A DNA stretch of 63,355 nucleotides, the filler included, from Choristocarpus tenellus KU-1152 (Eukaryota > Protista > Phaeophyceae), in the NCBI GenBank assembly GCA_964200185.2. It is 12 parts of 12 records of this genome, joined end to end, with 100 filler letters (N's around TTAATTAATTAA, not from the genome) between each part and the next. Parts side by side here need not be neighbours in the genome. Positions count along the whole stretch, not along the records: positions 6,897 to 12,933 come from CAXNAD020009103.1; positions 13,034 to 19,961 come from CAXNAD020007039.1; positions 20,062 to 24,878 come from CAXNAD020012949.1; positions 24,979 to 28,788 come from CAXNAD020017796.1; 8 more parts are not named here. One strand, written 5' to 3'. Positions 11,771 to 25,439 of the stretch are shown in pieces. The notes under the pieces are model-generated. The model did no database searches. It saw only the letters and a list, made by a program, of their open reading frames with translations, and was not told where the DNA came from. The position numbers and the translations under genes are program-made. Within the stretch, counting starts at the first letter, position 1; every line of letters begins with the position of its first letter.

Positions 11771-14493
11771 TATTGTTTGTATACGGAGAGTCTTTCCCGC
11801 ACGAGATATGAGATACGAGCACTCTTACAGTGAATGTTCGATAAGACGTCCCGCAGCACATGCCACAGCTGTAGGGTATTTATTGATTTATGGGTGGAGT
11901 TCCAAGTGATTTTCAGGCGTTTGCTTGTTGAGCGATTTTCAATGGATGAGTTAGTTTGGGTGTTGGTTGCTACATTCACAGGTTGGAAATGGAGAATGAC
12001 TTGGGATGTGTGAGTTGTTGAGATTTCGAAGTGGAAAACATAGGGCTCCTTCGCCGGGTTAGGGTCTTGGTTAGGGTTAAGGCAAGAGTTAGCGTATGTG
12101 TTGTAGAAGTGTTACTTCCTCCTTTCAGCGCCGGTTCAAACAGTTTGCTGGGGCAGGCGATGAGAAATGCAGAAGATGGTCGTGATGGTGATCAGCATCA
12201 GTATGCCTTCTGTTCCCCTGCACTGTCGGAGGTTTCATCGAGTATACTACCTCGCACGCATAAGATACTATTACTGGTCTTCAATTCTTCTGTGCAGGTA
12301 TCAAATTTTTATATTTTTGTTGTGGGTGTGTCTCCCGAAAGTCCTTCACGATGTTGTACCCTAAGAATGTCTCCCGCTCCAGCGCTGTTAATTAGTACCC
12401 CTACTCTATGCCGCAGGAAACACCTTTTCCCAATGCGGTATTTTTTCCCGCCTTGCAAGGTGATGAGATAATAAGATAAGATGAGATAAGATAACTTGAG
12501 ATGAGATAATATTGTGATATATTAAGATAATAAGATAAGCTTGCTCTAACGAGAAGAGTGTTATGTCTCGCTACTGAGGGTTATCTCATGGCATGTGCGG
12601 GATTCATCTGTTGTTTTTTTTTGTACTGCTGTATGTACTCTCTCTACTCTTGGCTATCGTCCTACATTGTACTGTATCATAGTGGGAAATAAACGTGAGG
12701 TTACTGGTGGTGTTGTTGACCCAGTGGTGCTCTGTGGCTACTTCCTCCAACCATTGGGTGTGGATATACGTCCGTGATGTCCTTTTTGTAGTGGTTGTAT
12801 GATGAGCACATCAGATTCCTCAGTGTGGAGGAAACTTTGTGTAATTTTTGCACAATATTCATGCAGCATAAGCGTAATTATGTGTGTGTGTATCCCTGAC
12901 ATCCTCCCCTCCTTGGCTGTCCGGTTGCTTCCCNNNNNNNNNNNNNNNNNNNNNNNNNNNNNNNNNNNNNNNNNNNNTTAATTAATTAANNNNNNNNNNN
13001 NNNNNNNNNNNNNNNNNNNNNNNNNNNNNNNNNGGGGGGGGCGAGGCACCTTTAGTTTTGAACTCTTGTGACTGAGAAGGAAGGAAGGAAGGGGGTTAGT
13101 TAGTTCCACTAGTTTGTTTTTTTTTACTTTGAAAAGTCAAGAGCCTTTCGAATGATCGTGTTCGGTTCTTGCGAAGGGTCTCCTTGAGCGTGCGATAAAA
13201 TAGTGTTTGCTGTAGAGTGGGGCAGAGCTTTTTGATTGGTTCAACGACTGCTCTTTTGGTGTGAGATGGAGCACCATTTTTTTTCTTATGTGCGCTTTCT
13301 AGACGCTCGATTTTAGGGACCCCTCCCGAAAAAAGTAAAAAAAAGTAAAAAAAAAGTAAAAAAGTAGCGCCAAGGGTAGTAGCTGGTGTAGGCAGGCAGG
13401 CAGGTAAGTATTTTTGTAGGTAGTGTTGTTGTCATGTTGTTATGCTGTAAATCACATGATGGCGAGGTGGGTGGTCTCTTCACTGGTCCATATGATAGAA
13501 CCGTTCTGACAAAAATATTCATATTTTCTAAAAATTTCAATCTCTTGCTGAAAAGGCGCAGAGATGGGAGGGGAGGGGGGCAATGTATTAAAAGTTATAG
13601 ATGTGTCTAGCAATAGCCATGAGTAGCTTTAGCAAACGGTGTGGAACTTTTAAAGCTGCAGATGGACCACTCTTTTTTTGTTGGATGGAGCGACTTCCTC
13701 GTTTTTGTGCGTGCTTTCTATTGCAAACATGCATGGTTATGATGACCCCCAAAATATTTCACCATGAATAGGTAGGTAAGCAGATAGGTAGTGTCACTGT
13801 CATGCCCTAAATTGCTCCACAGCAGGCTGCGCAATGTCTTCACTTTTCCATATTAGAACCATCCTGATGAGATATTTTATATTCATCATTTCTTCAAAAA
13901 TCTACAGAGATAAGAGTGTGAAAATAGTCGCAGATAACCACTGCTTAGTGTGTAGTGACAGACACAGGTATATCTCTTGTCACAAAGCAAGTGGTGTCTT
14001 GTGTTAGCTAGAGTTGTTCGCACGGTGGAGCAATTCGAAATGATCTCATAGGCTATTCAGGTATTGAGTGGAAATCTATTAGTTCATGCTTGGGACAGGT
14101 CTTTCAAGTCAGTTTGGTTATGCTTGTGTGGCGTTCTTGTCATTTGTGTCTCGATTTCTTGCACTCAAGGTGGAATCTCTTGTGTTATTTTGAGGTACCA
14201 TGTAGTTACTCAAATTTTGATTATGCAGGGTATCTTTGGGGGACAGGAGGCTTCTGTCAAGAATGCATTTGCAATGTATTGAAGGCTATCTAAATCGTCT
14301 TCCCAGCAGTCTTGTACTTGCTGGAGAGTCCATCAAAGGAGTACTTCCGATCAATCCACCTATCCCTTCAAGTGGTACGTTTCTGCGTACGCTCTTTTTG
14401 CTCCTGCCTATCATGATCACAATATGAGAAAGGTCGCCCACCCCCAAACCTCGCTAACTCTTTATCCCTTGCTTACTTACCCGTTTTGTGCAG

Positions 14494-15061
14494 CTGGTGA
14501 TGGAAGGACATCGATCAATGTTTAAGAATTCCCTCGTTACGGTGTGGTCAGCACCCAACTACTGCTACCGATGCGGCAATGTTGCTGCAATCCTGGAACT
14601 TGATGAGACTCTCCAACAGGCAAGCAAGAGACCGTAATATTTGTTTATTCCTCCCTGTGGTTTTGTCAGTTATGGCAGTTGTTCGTATCCCACCCCCCCC
14701 CCCCCCACTCCCCATTTCGCACAGTTTCATCCTTCCACTTAACGATGTCATGAGGAAAGACGCTTCTGATTTTCATTGCAGCGTTGGTGCTGCATATACA
14801 TGGCAATGTTGTCGGTGTTTGATTGTTAGGGCTTGTTCGGTTGCGCAAATGTCGGCTTCTGCTTCTGTGACATTTAACAGCTCATTCCTCCATCAATTTC
14901 CCAACTATGTTCATTGCTCGGGCTTCAATTTGTGCCTCTCTTTACTTCTGTGACGGACACCTCTTCTTCAACACCAGAGTTTTAAGATCTTCGAAGCAGC
15001 TCCCCCTGACGTTCGAGGAGTGCCTCAAAAGAGTCCAGCTCCGGCTGAGTACTTCCTGTAG
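14494..15061 (+). CDS. PPP4C: Ser/Thr protein phosphatase 4 catalytic subunit, last two exons (14494-14619, 14978-15061)
   Basis: Spliced translation [42 protein letters not shown]|[27 protein letters not shown]. It contains the PPP-family [11 protein letters not shown] motif, PP4-type TVWSAPNY...[11 protein letters not shown], and the C-terminal YFL. Absent from the ORF track. Confidence 0.93.
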
Positions 15062-17466
15062 CATATCTCATAAAGAACCCACACATGATCTTTTGATGTC
15101 AATGGGTTTTGCATTTAGATACGGCTTTTGTTTTGAACCCAATAACGGTGAATCTGGGTCATTAGGTTGGTGGAAACTCACTATTCTTGGCCCAGCAGAT
15201 ATCGTGGCATCTGGGAATAGAGGTCAGTGGGGATTCAAGGGGCGTGATGTTGTTCTGTTGGACTCCATTGAAGCTGGGGTAAGGTGTTACTCTGTGTGGA
15301 CTTTGTAATGCCCTTTTACCATGGTGTATGGTTTTGTGTGTTGGGTGGGACATGTGATATGGTAATGGGTAATGCATGAAACTGTATCAAGGTTGAGCCA
15401 TGCTCCCTTTCACTCCAGTGTCATGAGCTTGCTTGTGCCCAGCCTTTGAGTCAGTGAGAGTAAGGTTTAGGTTAAAGCCCCAATGATAACCCTAACCCCG
15501 ACCCTGCAGTAGTACAAGCAAGGGAAGATGGGGATGGGGGAGGATTGCAGGCTCTACATGGATCAGTGAAAGTAGCTGCCTGTAACCAGTTGTGTGTTAT
15601 TGACAGGAGTGGACTTGACCATGTTCAGTGTGTGTGGGAGGGGTGTGCATATATTTCTTCAGGCTATGAGGAGAGTGAGATTTGGTTAGCTGGTGAAGGA
15701 AAACGCAGTGTATGTTCGCCTCTTGATGAGGTAGACCTAATTAAGTCTCCTTTAATAGGCCAGTTTTTTCCCTGTTGTAGTAGCGCAAGCAAGTTCAATT
15801 GACCAATTTGTCGTCCAAAGATGGAGTGATCATCCGCCAATCCATATTATCACCCGTATATTTATTGAGTAGTACCATGTTTGTTCGCTCAGTCCATGTA
15901 TTCGATTAGGCACATTGGCCTATCTTGGAGCGACCAGCCCACTCATAGGATGTACATGCATGACAGAGAGGTGAGAGGAGTAAGAATGGAGTTCGTGTGG
16001 TGCAGTTGGTGGGGCCTTGGTATGCGAGTAAGAGATGGTCTATCATATTGGTCTCAGGTTGTGGGGAGTGTATCCATGTTCTATGGTACTTGCGTAGATT
16101 CTGATGAGTAGATTGTCAGCCAAATGAGTAGAGGTTTGCACCTCTGCATGTTCTTCACCCTTTACTTCCTCGGTTTCTGTTCCCATTGTCCCATCCCAAC
16201 CTCCCAATGTTGTGTCCAACCCCCTCCTTCCTTTCTGTGTGATGCACTTATGCATGCTGCTGAACCGCAGGCACTCGCCCAATCCCTTCACACCCAATCC
16301 ACCTCAGCTTCCTTTGCCACCTCACATTTCCGCCTCCTTTCCGTCCACCCCCTCTCCCCGCTTTGGACTGAACTTCCTTGATCAGCGTAATACCCTTACC
16401 CGTTGGTTTATCGACCCTCACCTAATCCATGACCCCCCCACTGCACCCCTGCACCCCAGGAAACCTACACCACCACCTCCGCCTGGATCAGCCATGGTGG
16501 TTAATCCTTCGCAACATCTTGTCTTCATCTCCAATTTCTTCTCAATTCTGCCAACCTCCTCCGTCAAAGTATCTTCCTTCTTTCTCCTGTCAACCTGGAT
16601 GAACGAGAATCCCACAATGCTCGTCCCCAACTAACCAACCAACCGCATTCGCCTTGTTCGATGGAGAGCCCACCCGTCCACCTGACACTAAAATCACACA
16701 TGTACCCACTGTGACCAAGTTCAGGATGCCCCCCCTTACCACTACATCCTGCCCAGTACCCTCCCCCAGCCATCCCATTTCCGCACCCGTCCGTACTGCC
16801 TCTTCAGTACTGTAGCATCCAACACAGGCCCCACCTTCCCCTGCCCTACATGCAATACCAACTCTCGCCGCACTCTTTTCCTGGATTTGGCCAATGCAGA
16901 TCCTACCCTTGCCAACATCTCTGCTCTGTTTGGGCTCTTAATCGTACCCCCTCACCTACCCCTCACACCCCTCAAAATCCCGGAGCCTGTGAAGATGGGG
17001 AGGGGTGAGGGTGCAAGGAAGATTTGCCCCAGCAGGGGGAGGCAGCAGGGGTATCAAGGCTCGAAACCATTGGGGAGGGGGGGGGTCGGGACCATGAAAG
17101 TGTCAATACATGGCGTCAGGAAGCTGAAAGGGGCAAGGAACATGATGCACAAACCCCACTCACCATAAAGTGGAAGTCCAGGCCACCTACCCCACAGGCA
17201 TAGTACTAGCAGGGTGTCCATTTCCTCAACATGCATTGACCCTTGATGACATTCCCATAGATAAACTAGGATTGATTTTTTCTGCAGTAAAGGGCATCCA
17301 TACAGGACTCTCTACTGCACGAGTATGCAAGATTAATTTTATATTTTACGCCACTTCTCAGTCATGTGCAATTCAACCTATTCCTTCCTTTTGTTTCCAG
17401 AATAGAGGTTACAAGAAATGTAAGATTGGTCATGACCACACATTTTGTGATATCCTCCTGCATTCA

Positions 17467-17960
17467 TTAAGTTAGCGATCCAAGCTTAGGAGAGGAAACC
17501 ACCTTGTCCCCTAGGCCTGCTAGAGCATCCAAACTCCTTAGAATCTTCTCAGGTGTTACCCTGTCTAGTTGCGGGAAGTTTTCTGAGGCGGGGCATTTCA
17601 TAAGGGTGGCCAATGGGTACATACAAAAACTGACTATATGGCTGCGTAAGTGAGCACGGAGGGTGAATTGGTGCCAGGAATCTTGAACAAGAGGACCAAG
17701 CAGCAACAGGTAGCTGTATTTGGCTATCATGTAAGGCATTTATAATAGAGCAAATTGTCTCTCATGGCTCAAGCCCGCTCGCCAACAAGTGATACTACTA
17801 TTGAGCTGCTTGTTTCCAAGCACCCTACCAACAATTCATACCCCTTCTGGCACTAAAGTGTCGCTGCTATGGTGAAGGTTGCAGCTTGAGGGGGATCTAA
17901 GGACAGCAGTACTGCCTTCTGAGGGAGAGATACACTCCTGCTTCCCCACTGACGGCCATC
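17467..17960 (-). pseudogene. Degenerate non-LTR reverse transcriptase relic
   Basis: Stop-riddled reading VPEGV*IVGRVLG resembles the post-RT7 G..ivG.PiG segment of CRE-like elements. Confidence 0.35.
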
Positions 17961-18299
17961 ATGTGCATGAATAACAACTCCATATTAAGATTTGTGGTTT
18001 AATACTTTTGTGATACAGACAAAATATACAAACGAGTATCAAAACTGCTGTTGTGGTTGGACTATATTTACAGTTAACTCATGCATTGAGAAAATGAGGT
18101 GTAAACAACAGTTCTGAATATATATAATTAAAAAATAGTGTAGGTTCAGCAGTATGTATTGGACAAGATTGTTGGATAACTGGAGAGGTTAGAGTTGCCC
18201 ACCATATGGAGGAATGATCAGTATATTATGTCTTCTGGAGTTAGATTATTACAGCACTTAAAGCAAAAACTGATATTGACCTTTTGGACAACAGTAATC

Positions 18300-19560
18300 T
18301 TATCATGCTAGTTTGCAGTCTGTACAAGAGTGGAGATGGGCAAGTCATGCATCAAGGCAGAGGTGGTGTGGAGGGTCGCCATATCGGACGAAGATCTCAC
18401 CCTTGCTGGGCTAGGTCGATGCTTGGTCCTTCGAAGTGGGAGGTAATGACAAGACTTAGGTTGGAACTTGCAGGGCATCTGGTGGAAAGGGCGAGACATT
18501 TGATGGAAGAGATGAGAAGAGAATTTATTTGGGAGCAAGGGGGTGGACCTGGGTTGAGGGTGTTAAGGAAACATGAGAAATTGTTAGAACTGTCAAAATT
18601 TGTCCTGTCTTTTGGGAAACAACTGAGATTGTTTTCCCAGTTGAGGATAGTTCTTGACATGCCCAACTGGTGGGGTGATGGCCCATGGATTATGCCAGGT
18701 ACGTCCCTGGGGTCTGACGTTTATCAATATTGAGATATCACTGTTCCAACATGAAAAAATCGTGAAAATCTCCATTATATCTCAATTTAGATGAAATAAA
18801 AGGCTGGCAGCTACCCATCATAAGCTATTGATCATCACCCTACTATCAGCTATACCTGAGCAGTCCTCTCAATCTTTGCGTTTCTCCTTGAACCCATTCC
18901 CTGACATCCTCTCCCCTGTCCACATCTACTCTATTGTCACAAAAACATTGGCATTGTCCGTGTCAGTGTGCCTGAGGTCTTTACCAAAGTCTGGGCCCTG
19001 GGGGAGACATCCCTGGATTCCTTCCCCCAAGCTTTGGAGGCCCCATGCAGTACCTTGACTCTATCCCATGAGGAAAAAGTGCTGACTTGGAGTATGTATG
19101 TGATCCTTTTTCTGACAGAAGGCATGTGACTTGGCATTCTGCTCTTACTGGTGCTCATACATGAACAGCAACTGGGGAGCGTAGGCCAGCTGTTGGTGGT
19201 GTTCCCACTGGTGTGGATGTAGTGTGCTGTACTGGACATTCGTCTGTGGCATGTGTGTGGGGAATGAGTGTTGATCCTAGATGGGAAGAAAGCATTCAAC
19301 GGTGTGAATTGTGGGACCCTCCAAGATGTTTTCCTTTGGGTGACAAATTGGTGGCCAGGGCAAGGTTGATGTCTGCTGTGACCAGGAGTTCCGACTCTAA
19401 TTGCAAAGACGGCAGCCCTGTGGAGGAAATGTGTCGATCTTCTCCATACTGAGAAGAATACTGGCCCCCTGCTTATCCTCCATGGTTTCTTGGAACATGC
19501 CATGGCTCTAGTCAATCCTTATGTTGGAAGGGATGGCGTGTCCAAAAAGGTGCATGATGA
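18300..19560 (-). pseudogene. Degenerate LINE C-terminal relic
   Basis: Fragmented readings include GLRSPVAV (cf. GGLGL.S). Many short overlapping ORFs and no splice structure. Confidence 0.3.
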
Positions 19561-19903
19561 GACCGGATGGGAATAGAAGTTGTCGGGAGATTGTTCAGTG
19601 CCTTGGAGGTGATAAGGCAGAATAGGACGGGGGCAAGTTAGTCTACCTTGTTATCTTCCCTCCTATATTGGACAAACCCCCTCTCGCCCTTCATCCAACA
19701 AGAGTCTTCACAAACGTTTGACATGTATGGGGGAGCCAAGTGGGTGAGGATACCCTTTTCCAAGCTCATACGGCAAGAGCGGTTGTCAGTTCTGGCTCAC
19801 TGTACCTACGAACCTACATACATAAATCAGCACGATGGACGGAAAGTGATTGGCATAGGTCCACAGCACCCGGTACCTCTGACCCCATATGGTCCCAGTC
19901 ACT

Positions 19904-19961
19904 GACCCAAAGTATCTGGGGGGGGGGGGGGGTACACACGAGGGTCCCTTTTTGGCCCAAA
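19904..19961 (+). mobile_element. MITE family A, left end truncated by contig break
   Basis: GACCCAAAGTATCTG followed by a G-run. Confidence 0.85.
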
Positions 19962-20079
19962 NNNNNNNNNNNNNNNNNNNNNNNNNNNNNNNNNNNNNNN
20001 NNNNNTTAATTAATTAANNNNNNNNNNNNNNNNNNNNNNNNNNNNNNNNNNNNNNNNNNNNCCACATTCTCTTCCCTTT

Positions 20080-20254
20080 GACTCAGAGTATCTGAGGGGG
20101 GGGGGTCTACCCCAGGGTGTCCGTTTGGCCCACGACCAGGAAAGGTGTACTTACATTATCCATCTGACATATGCAACCAAACCACACAAAAATCACAACA
20201 TAATAAATTGACCCCATATAGACAGCTGCCACCCCACCCTAGATACGTTGAGCC
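20080..20254 (+). mobile_element. MITE family A, full copy
   Basis: GACTCAGAGTATCTGA-G-run ... CCCTAGATACGTTGAGCC with the shared interior. Confidence 0.9.
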
Positions 20255-20366
20255 CTTTCCGAACCGGTCCTGTCATCCTACCTTATGATTGTTTTGCCCC
20301 TCGCCACCTCAGGAGTATGGCAGTACACCCCCACCCTTAGGACATGGGCTCATCTCAGGTGGATAG

Positions 20367-23300
20367 GTTTTGATGAAGGATCGGGCCTGGATAATGGAGA
20401 TGAAGTGAATGATGCAGTAGAGGAGGCACAGAGGGAGGCGCAAGAAGAGAGGAAAAGGGTGGCTGAGGTCCGCAGGCAGAGAGAGCTGATTCGACTCAAA
20501 CAGTAAGTGTTCAGAGTTTGTGTCCGTCTTCAAACCCATCATGCAAAGTGCTCTCACTCCCTACCAATCATCTTTCTCTATAGCACCAATTACCACTGGC
20601 AATCCCAAAAAACAGGCATCTCTCCTTCCTGCAAGAAATGTGTGACACCAAGCTAAGCACTACCCTGGCCATCTACTCTTCAGATTTCCAATAAGTATGT
20701 CATCCCCCCCAAAAGTGCCAATTCTGTTCACATTATCCATTCAAAAAGCCCACACTAGTACCCTATGAATTTGCTGGTCGGCTACCCACCTATCCTGTGT
20801 GCCTGGGTGACTATTTGCCCTGTCCATGGTAAATACCTATGCGACATGGTTCTTATGTCCTTAAAGACTGGAAGATGAGCGAAAACTCAGGGAAGAAAAA
20901 GCTCGGGTCGAGTGGATGAAGAAGACAGAGGAGAGGCGACGACTGGTGCAACAACATATGGTCAATCTAAAGCAAAAAAGGGCTATTGAGGCCGAGCGCA
21001 ACAGAATGGAGGAGGAAGAGCAAAGGACAAGGCTTGTACTTCAGGAACAGGAAAGGCAGGTCAAGTCGAAGCCGACCATTAAATGCTATAGTAGATTCAT
21101 GAAGTGCTGTTGGTTTCCTTCTCTCTATCTTAGACTGGCGAATTCATATACTGAGACAGGACAGTGAAGAGCAGATGAGGTGGCAATATACAGGATCAAG
21201 AAAGCCCATTGTTTGTGGGGGTAAATTCCACACAATTGGTTGCAAAATATTTGTGTTTCCTTCCTTCACTAGAACTGTTATCTTCAGCTTGTGTCCAGAT
21301 GTACACTCTTGCTCTTACCAATTTTCTTACAACCTGATGTCTTAACTTCAGGATCCGCATCGGGGTCGAAAAGAAGGCTGCTGCAGCATATGAGCTTTAC
21401 AGACGTCTAGAAGCAGAGAAGCGGGCAACAGCAGAAGCTGAGGAAAAGCAAGCAGCAGATGTCTTACGAGAACTCTTGGCTATGGAAACAGAAGACCTCA
21501 GATCCCAGGAGGAGAGGAATATTGAGCTTCAGAAAGCAGAAAAACAAAAACAGGCAGGGGCATTTATCCGTGAGCTGTACACACCCTTCCGTCCCTCGCT
21601 ATGGGATAGGTGGGATAAGCTGGGTGATGCTGAGCTTACATTAGACTGGGTGGGCGCTGATGCTCCTCAGATTTGGGGCAGACCACTACAGTCAAAGCAG
21701 CGGGAGAGAAGTAGAAAGCAACCTGGGTCGAGGTATGTTCCCTACACTACAGCACTGCTGGACAGGGTAGAGCCTGAGACTGTAAGCATGGGGCACCTGA
21801 GCAAACCATACCTTAGCATGCTGGACCTGCCATACCAGTCAGCTAAGGCCATGTACGATCAGGTAGAGCTCCACATGATGTTTCTAGTTCTATTTGAAGG
21901 AGTAGACTATGAGATATACACCAGGTCCTTAGTGCGCAAGGCATTCAGATTGCCATAAAATGGTCATACTCCTCGATGTCACTCACAATATCCACCTCCC
22001 TTAAGTCTTGCATGACTCAGTTGAGTGGCCAGACTTGCCATTGGAATCTGCAGTCTGGTAAGTCCACTTGCACTTGTATTATTTTTTCCGGAGTATATAT
22101 ACACCATATACAGTATAATAGAAGTGCATCACTCCCCATTGAGGACCTTGGGTCAAGTTTTGTCAGAACCGAGTCAAAGAAAACAAGAGGTGCCCAGGCT
22201 TGCACCTAAATTCGACTTTTGTACAAATGCATGTAGAGAGTCTTGTGAATGCTATAAAGAGTTTTCAAAAAGAGGGAAATCAATGCCCTCCAGTTAACTT
22301 GGTACTTCATCCATAGAAATCAGGATGAATTGAAAATATGAGAACGATGGCTTAGAATACAAAGCGACCAAAATATGGGTACCTCTCATATACTTTGGTT
22401 CACTTCACAACCTGCAACACCCTTCTCCCTGCTATTGCATGATCCCTTCTTGAGACAGGGTATGTCCATGATCTTTGATGGAGAGGCAATGGTGGAAGGT
22501 ATTCAGCTAGGTCGAGTATTCACCATGTTTGAGGATGATGAGGTGACGAACTCCACCTGCTGTAAGAGTGTGAAGTTAGATAATGATAGGAGTGATATTT
22601 CTTTGCGAGCTAAGAACCTCGAGGGTAGAAGGAATTGATTGTATAAACATGTACGTTGAAATAGTCAAATACACACAGGTGCCCCGTCCATATGCGTCTA
22701 AGACGAATAAAGGGCAAACACTATATCTCTGTAAAACAAAATAGTAGGAAAACCGTGATGTAGTGCATTAGTTGCAACTCTTATTTTCTCAGACAAAATT
22801 CAAGATTTACTCCTGAGAAAAAGGGTTAATTTTGGACAATCCTCTTACATGGTACACCTCACGTCACAAGCTTGTCCATCCCCACTGCCCACAGCAGAAA
22901 ATATTTCTTTGTTCCATCCCTTACTTCCCATGGGGAATCAGTATATTGTGCTGGAGGTATAGTTCAAGAAGTACCCACTAAGGTCTATGGAGAGGTTGGT
23001 AAACCTATTCTTCCTTTTTTTCTGATACACTTGGCATGCAAATGCACTGTTGTAGAACGTACAACCCCCAAAACACTCTTTTTTTGGCTCAAAGTATCTG
23101 GGAGGGGGGGGTCTACACCAGGGTGTCCTTTCGGGCCCTGACCAGGAGAAATGAACTTACACTATCCATTCGACACATGCAACCAAATAATCCAAAAAAT
23201 GTGACACGGAAAAATGGGCCACAACTGGACAGCCACCACCCCCCCTACAGATACTTTGAGCCTTTAGGAAATTTGTCCAAGGGTGGACACATTGTCATTG

Positions 23301-24567
23301 GTCAAACAGCTAAAGCATATATTAGATCCATGCTCTAACCTAGTCCAACAGAGCCTTCTCCACTAATTTATTTTTCTCCATCCTACAGATATGTGGCAAT
23401 CTTATCCCTACGGTGCCCCTTGAGCGCATGGGAACAAGAAGTGGGAGGACTTCTCGGACTGGAACGGGAAAGAAAGAATCATATCGAAACTTGTGCGAAG
23501 TCTATAGACCAAAGAAACAACAAGGTTCCTCTTCAGTCTATTTATCCGAACCTCGGCTGCATACACCTAGTGTTCACAATATTTCCTTAAGTACTCTGGG
23601 TGGATCGGTCCCAGGGAATGAAGAGGGGAAATATAGGACCAATGTTCGCAGTAGAGGGAGTGGTGGAAGTAGGTCCTTGGGTAGCAGTAGGAATAGTGCG
23701 AAGCAGCAATCACAGTTGTTGTCGTTTCCATCAAGTTCACAGTACCAGTGCCATTCCCTGCGCAAACAGATGGAGGCATTTGGGCAGGTCCTACAAACTG
23801 GAGCAGGGGCAATTGCTGACCTCCCACTCTCTGGGGAGGAATGCTCGGGAGTGTGGTTGAGCACCCCAAGATGCCTGACTGCCCAAACACCACAAGAGAT
23901 CGGATCCCATACTTTGACATCTGCAATTTCTAACTCATCTGGATTTGAATCTGCGGGACCATCTAAGAATAGGATCTCCTCCTGTAAGGGTAAAACCCTT
24001 GACAGGATGTATTCCCCAGGCTATGCAGGCACTAAACGCAGCAATAGTGCTTCTCCTCACACACTGGGAGAGCAGGGCATCAATGACTCCTGCTCCCCAA
24101 CTGCTACAGCAGAAGAATGCAGCAGTCAAGGATTCTGTGAGAATGGGATTAAGAACAAGTGCGATGATGAAGATCGCATTCAGGGCACGAAAAAGAGTGA
24201 TGACAAAGATGAAGAGGATATCAACTCCCTCATCATGTCATTCAGACAAGCATCCTTACCGCCACCATTCTTTCGCGGGGCCTTTGGGGTGGCTGGGGAA
24301 GCAAAGAAAATCGCTGCCAGAACACCTGGGAAGTATGAAGCACAACCAGTGGGGAAGGGGCAACAAAAGCAGGATGTCACCATTGGCAACAGGTGCAGGG
24401 GTGGTATCGACACAACCAGTATCACCATTCCTACATGTATCCATCGAGGTTCAAGAAAGGGATGGCAAAAAGATGGGAAGGGTTCAAGGAGAAAGTCCAC
24501 TATTGGTTCAACTAATTTTGATTGTGGCATTGCTCACACACCTTCTCTCGTTCAGCCAGCTGCATAG
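20367..24567 (+). CDS. Multi-exon coiled-coil / low-complexity protein, 3' part (exons ~20367-20502, 20867-21055, 21352-21862, 22459-22542, 23389-24567)
   Basis: Phase-compatible splice chain reads ...RELIRLKQ|LEDERKLREEK...QEQER|IRIGVEKKAAAAYEL...YDQ|GMSMIFDG...EDDE|ICGNLIP...QPAA*. One junction needs a GC donor. The first acceptor could be 20358 or 20366. Confidence 0.72.
23086..23262 (+). mobile_element. MITE family A, full copy, intronic
   Basis: GGCTCAAAGTATCTG ... CAGATACTTTGAGCC perfect terminal IR, flanked by TTT/TTT. Confidence 0.93.
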
Positions 24568-24665
24568 ACACACCTCTTTGCCTCAGGGCTGTGTTAACCG
24601 TTTGGTCTGGGTGGCTGCCGGGCAGTGTAGGTAGAGGTGTATTTGCGTGGATAATGCAATGTTCA

Positions 24666-24830
24666 GGCTCAAAGTATCTGGTGGGGGTGGTGGCTGTCCA
24701 TTTGGGGACCATTTTTCCATGTCGCAATCTTGGGTGATTTGGTTGCATGTGTCGGATGGAAAATGAAAGTGCACTTTTCCTGGTCAGGGTACAAATGGAC
24801 ACCCTGGTGTAGAACCCCCCCCCCCCCCCC
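24666..24830 (-). mobile_element. MITE family A, reversed, one end lost after a C-run
   Basis: GGCTCAAAGTATCTGG followed by the reverse-complement interior. Confidence 0.88.
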
Positions 24831-25439
24831 GCTACCTTGCCCCTCACTCTCCCATCGCCCATATACACGCCGAAGAGCNNNNNNNNNNNNNNNNNNNNNN
24901 NNNNNNNNNNNNNNNNNNNNNNTTAATTAATTAANNNNNNNNNNNNNNNNNNNNNNNNNNNNNNNNNNNNNNNNNNNNACATGTGTATATAGTTTCCATT
25001 GGTTTTCTCCTGACACATCTGCAAAATGTCAGAGGGCATAATAAAATAAAATATAAAGTAGGAAATTATATAAGTGCTAACCATTGACAAGTATCACAAA
25101 AGGAGATGTAGAAGTGCAGTTTTTTAAAATGTGTTTTTTTCAATACATGTTAACTTTTCTTTTGTACTTTCTGTTATTTCTATTAAATCACCTAAATCAC
25201 ACAGAGCCCTAAAGCAACATATTATACTAGAAGACAGAGATATCCTACCAGTCAGTGATGATGATACAACAGATTATGTCACCGAACAGACTAATAAGAT
25301 TCTTCCCTTATTTCTAGACCGTCTCCGCATAATATATATACACTTCCTCCATTTGGAATTACATTTAAAGTAACTTTTGCAGCCCTGATGAAGCAAGATT
25401 TTTTTTACACGTTCATATTTTATGATGGATGTATTGTGC

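Noticed and set aside
11712-11909. Poly-Leu ORF (and the poly-Tyr ORF at 50448-50684)
   Set aside because: Translations of TTA/AAT microsatellites.
14225-14293. AGYLWG resembling PP4 GAGYLFG
   Set aside because: The following residues do not match the conserved ...FN..N....ICRAHQ segment, and the frame stops.
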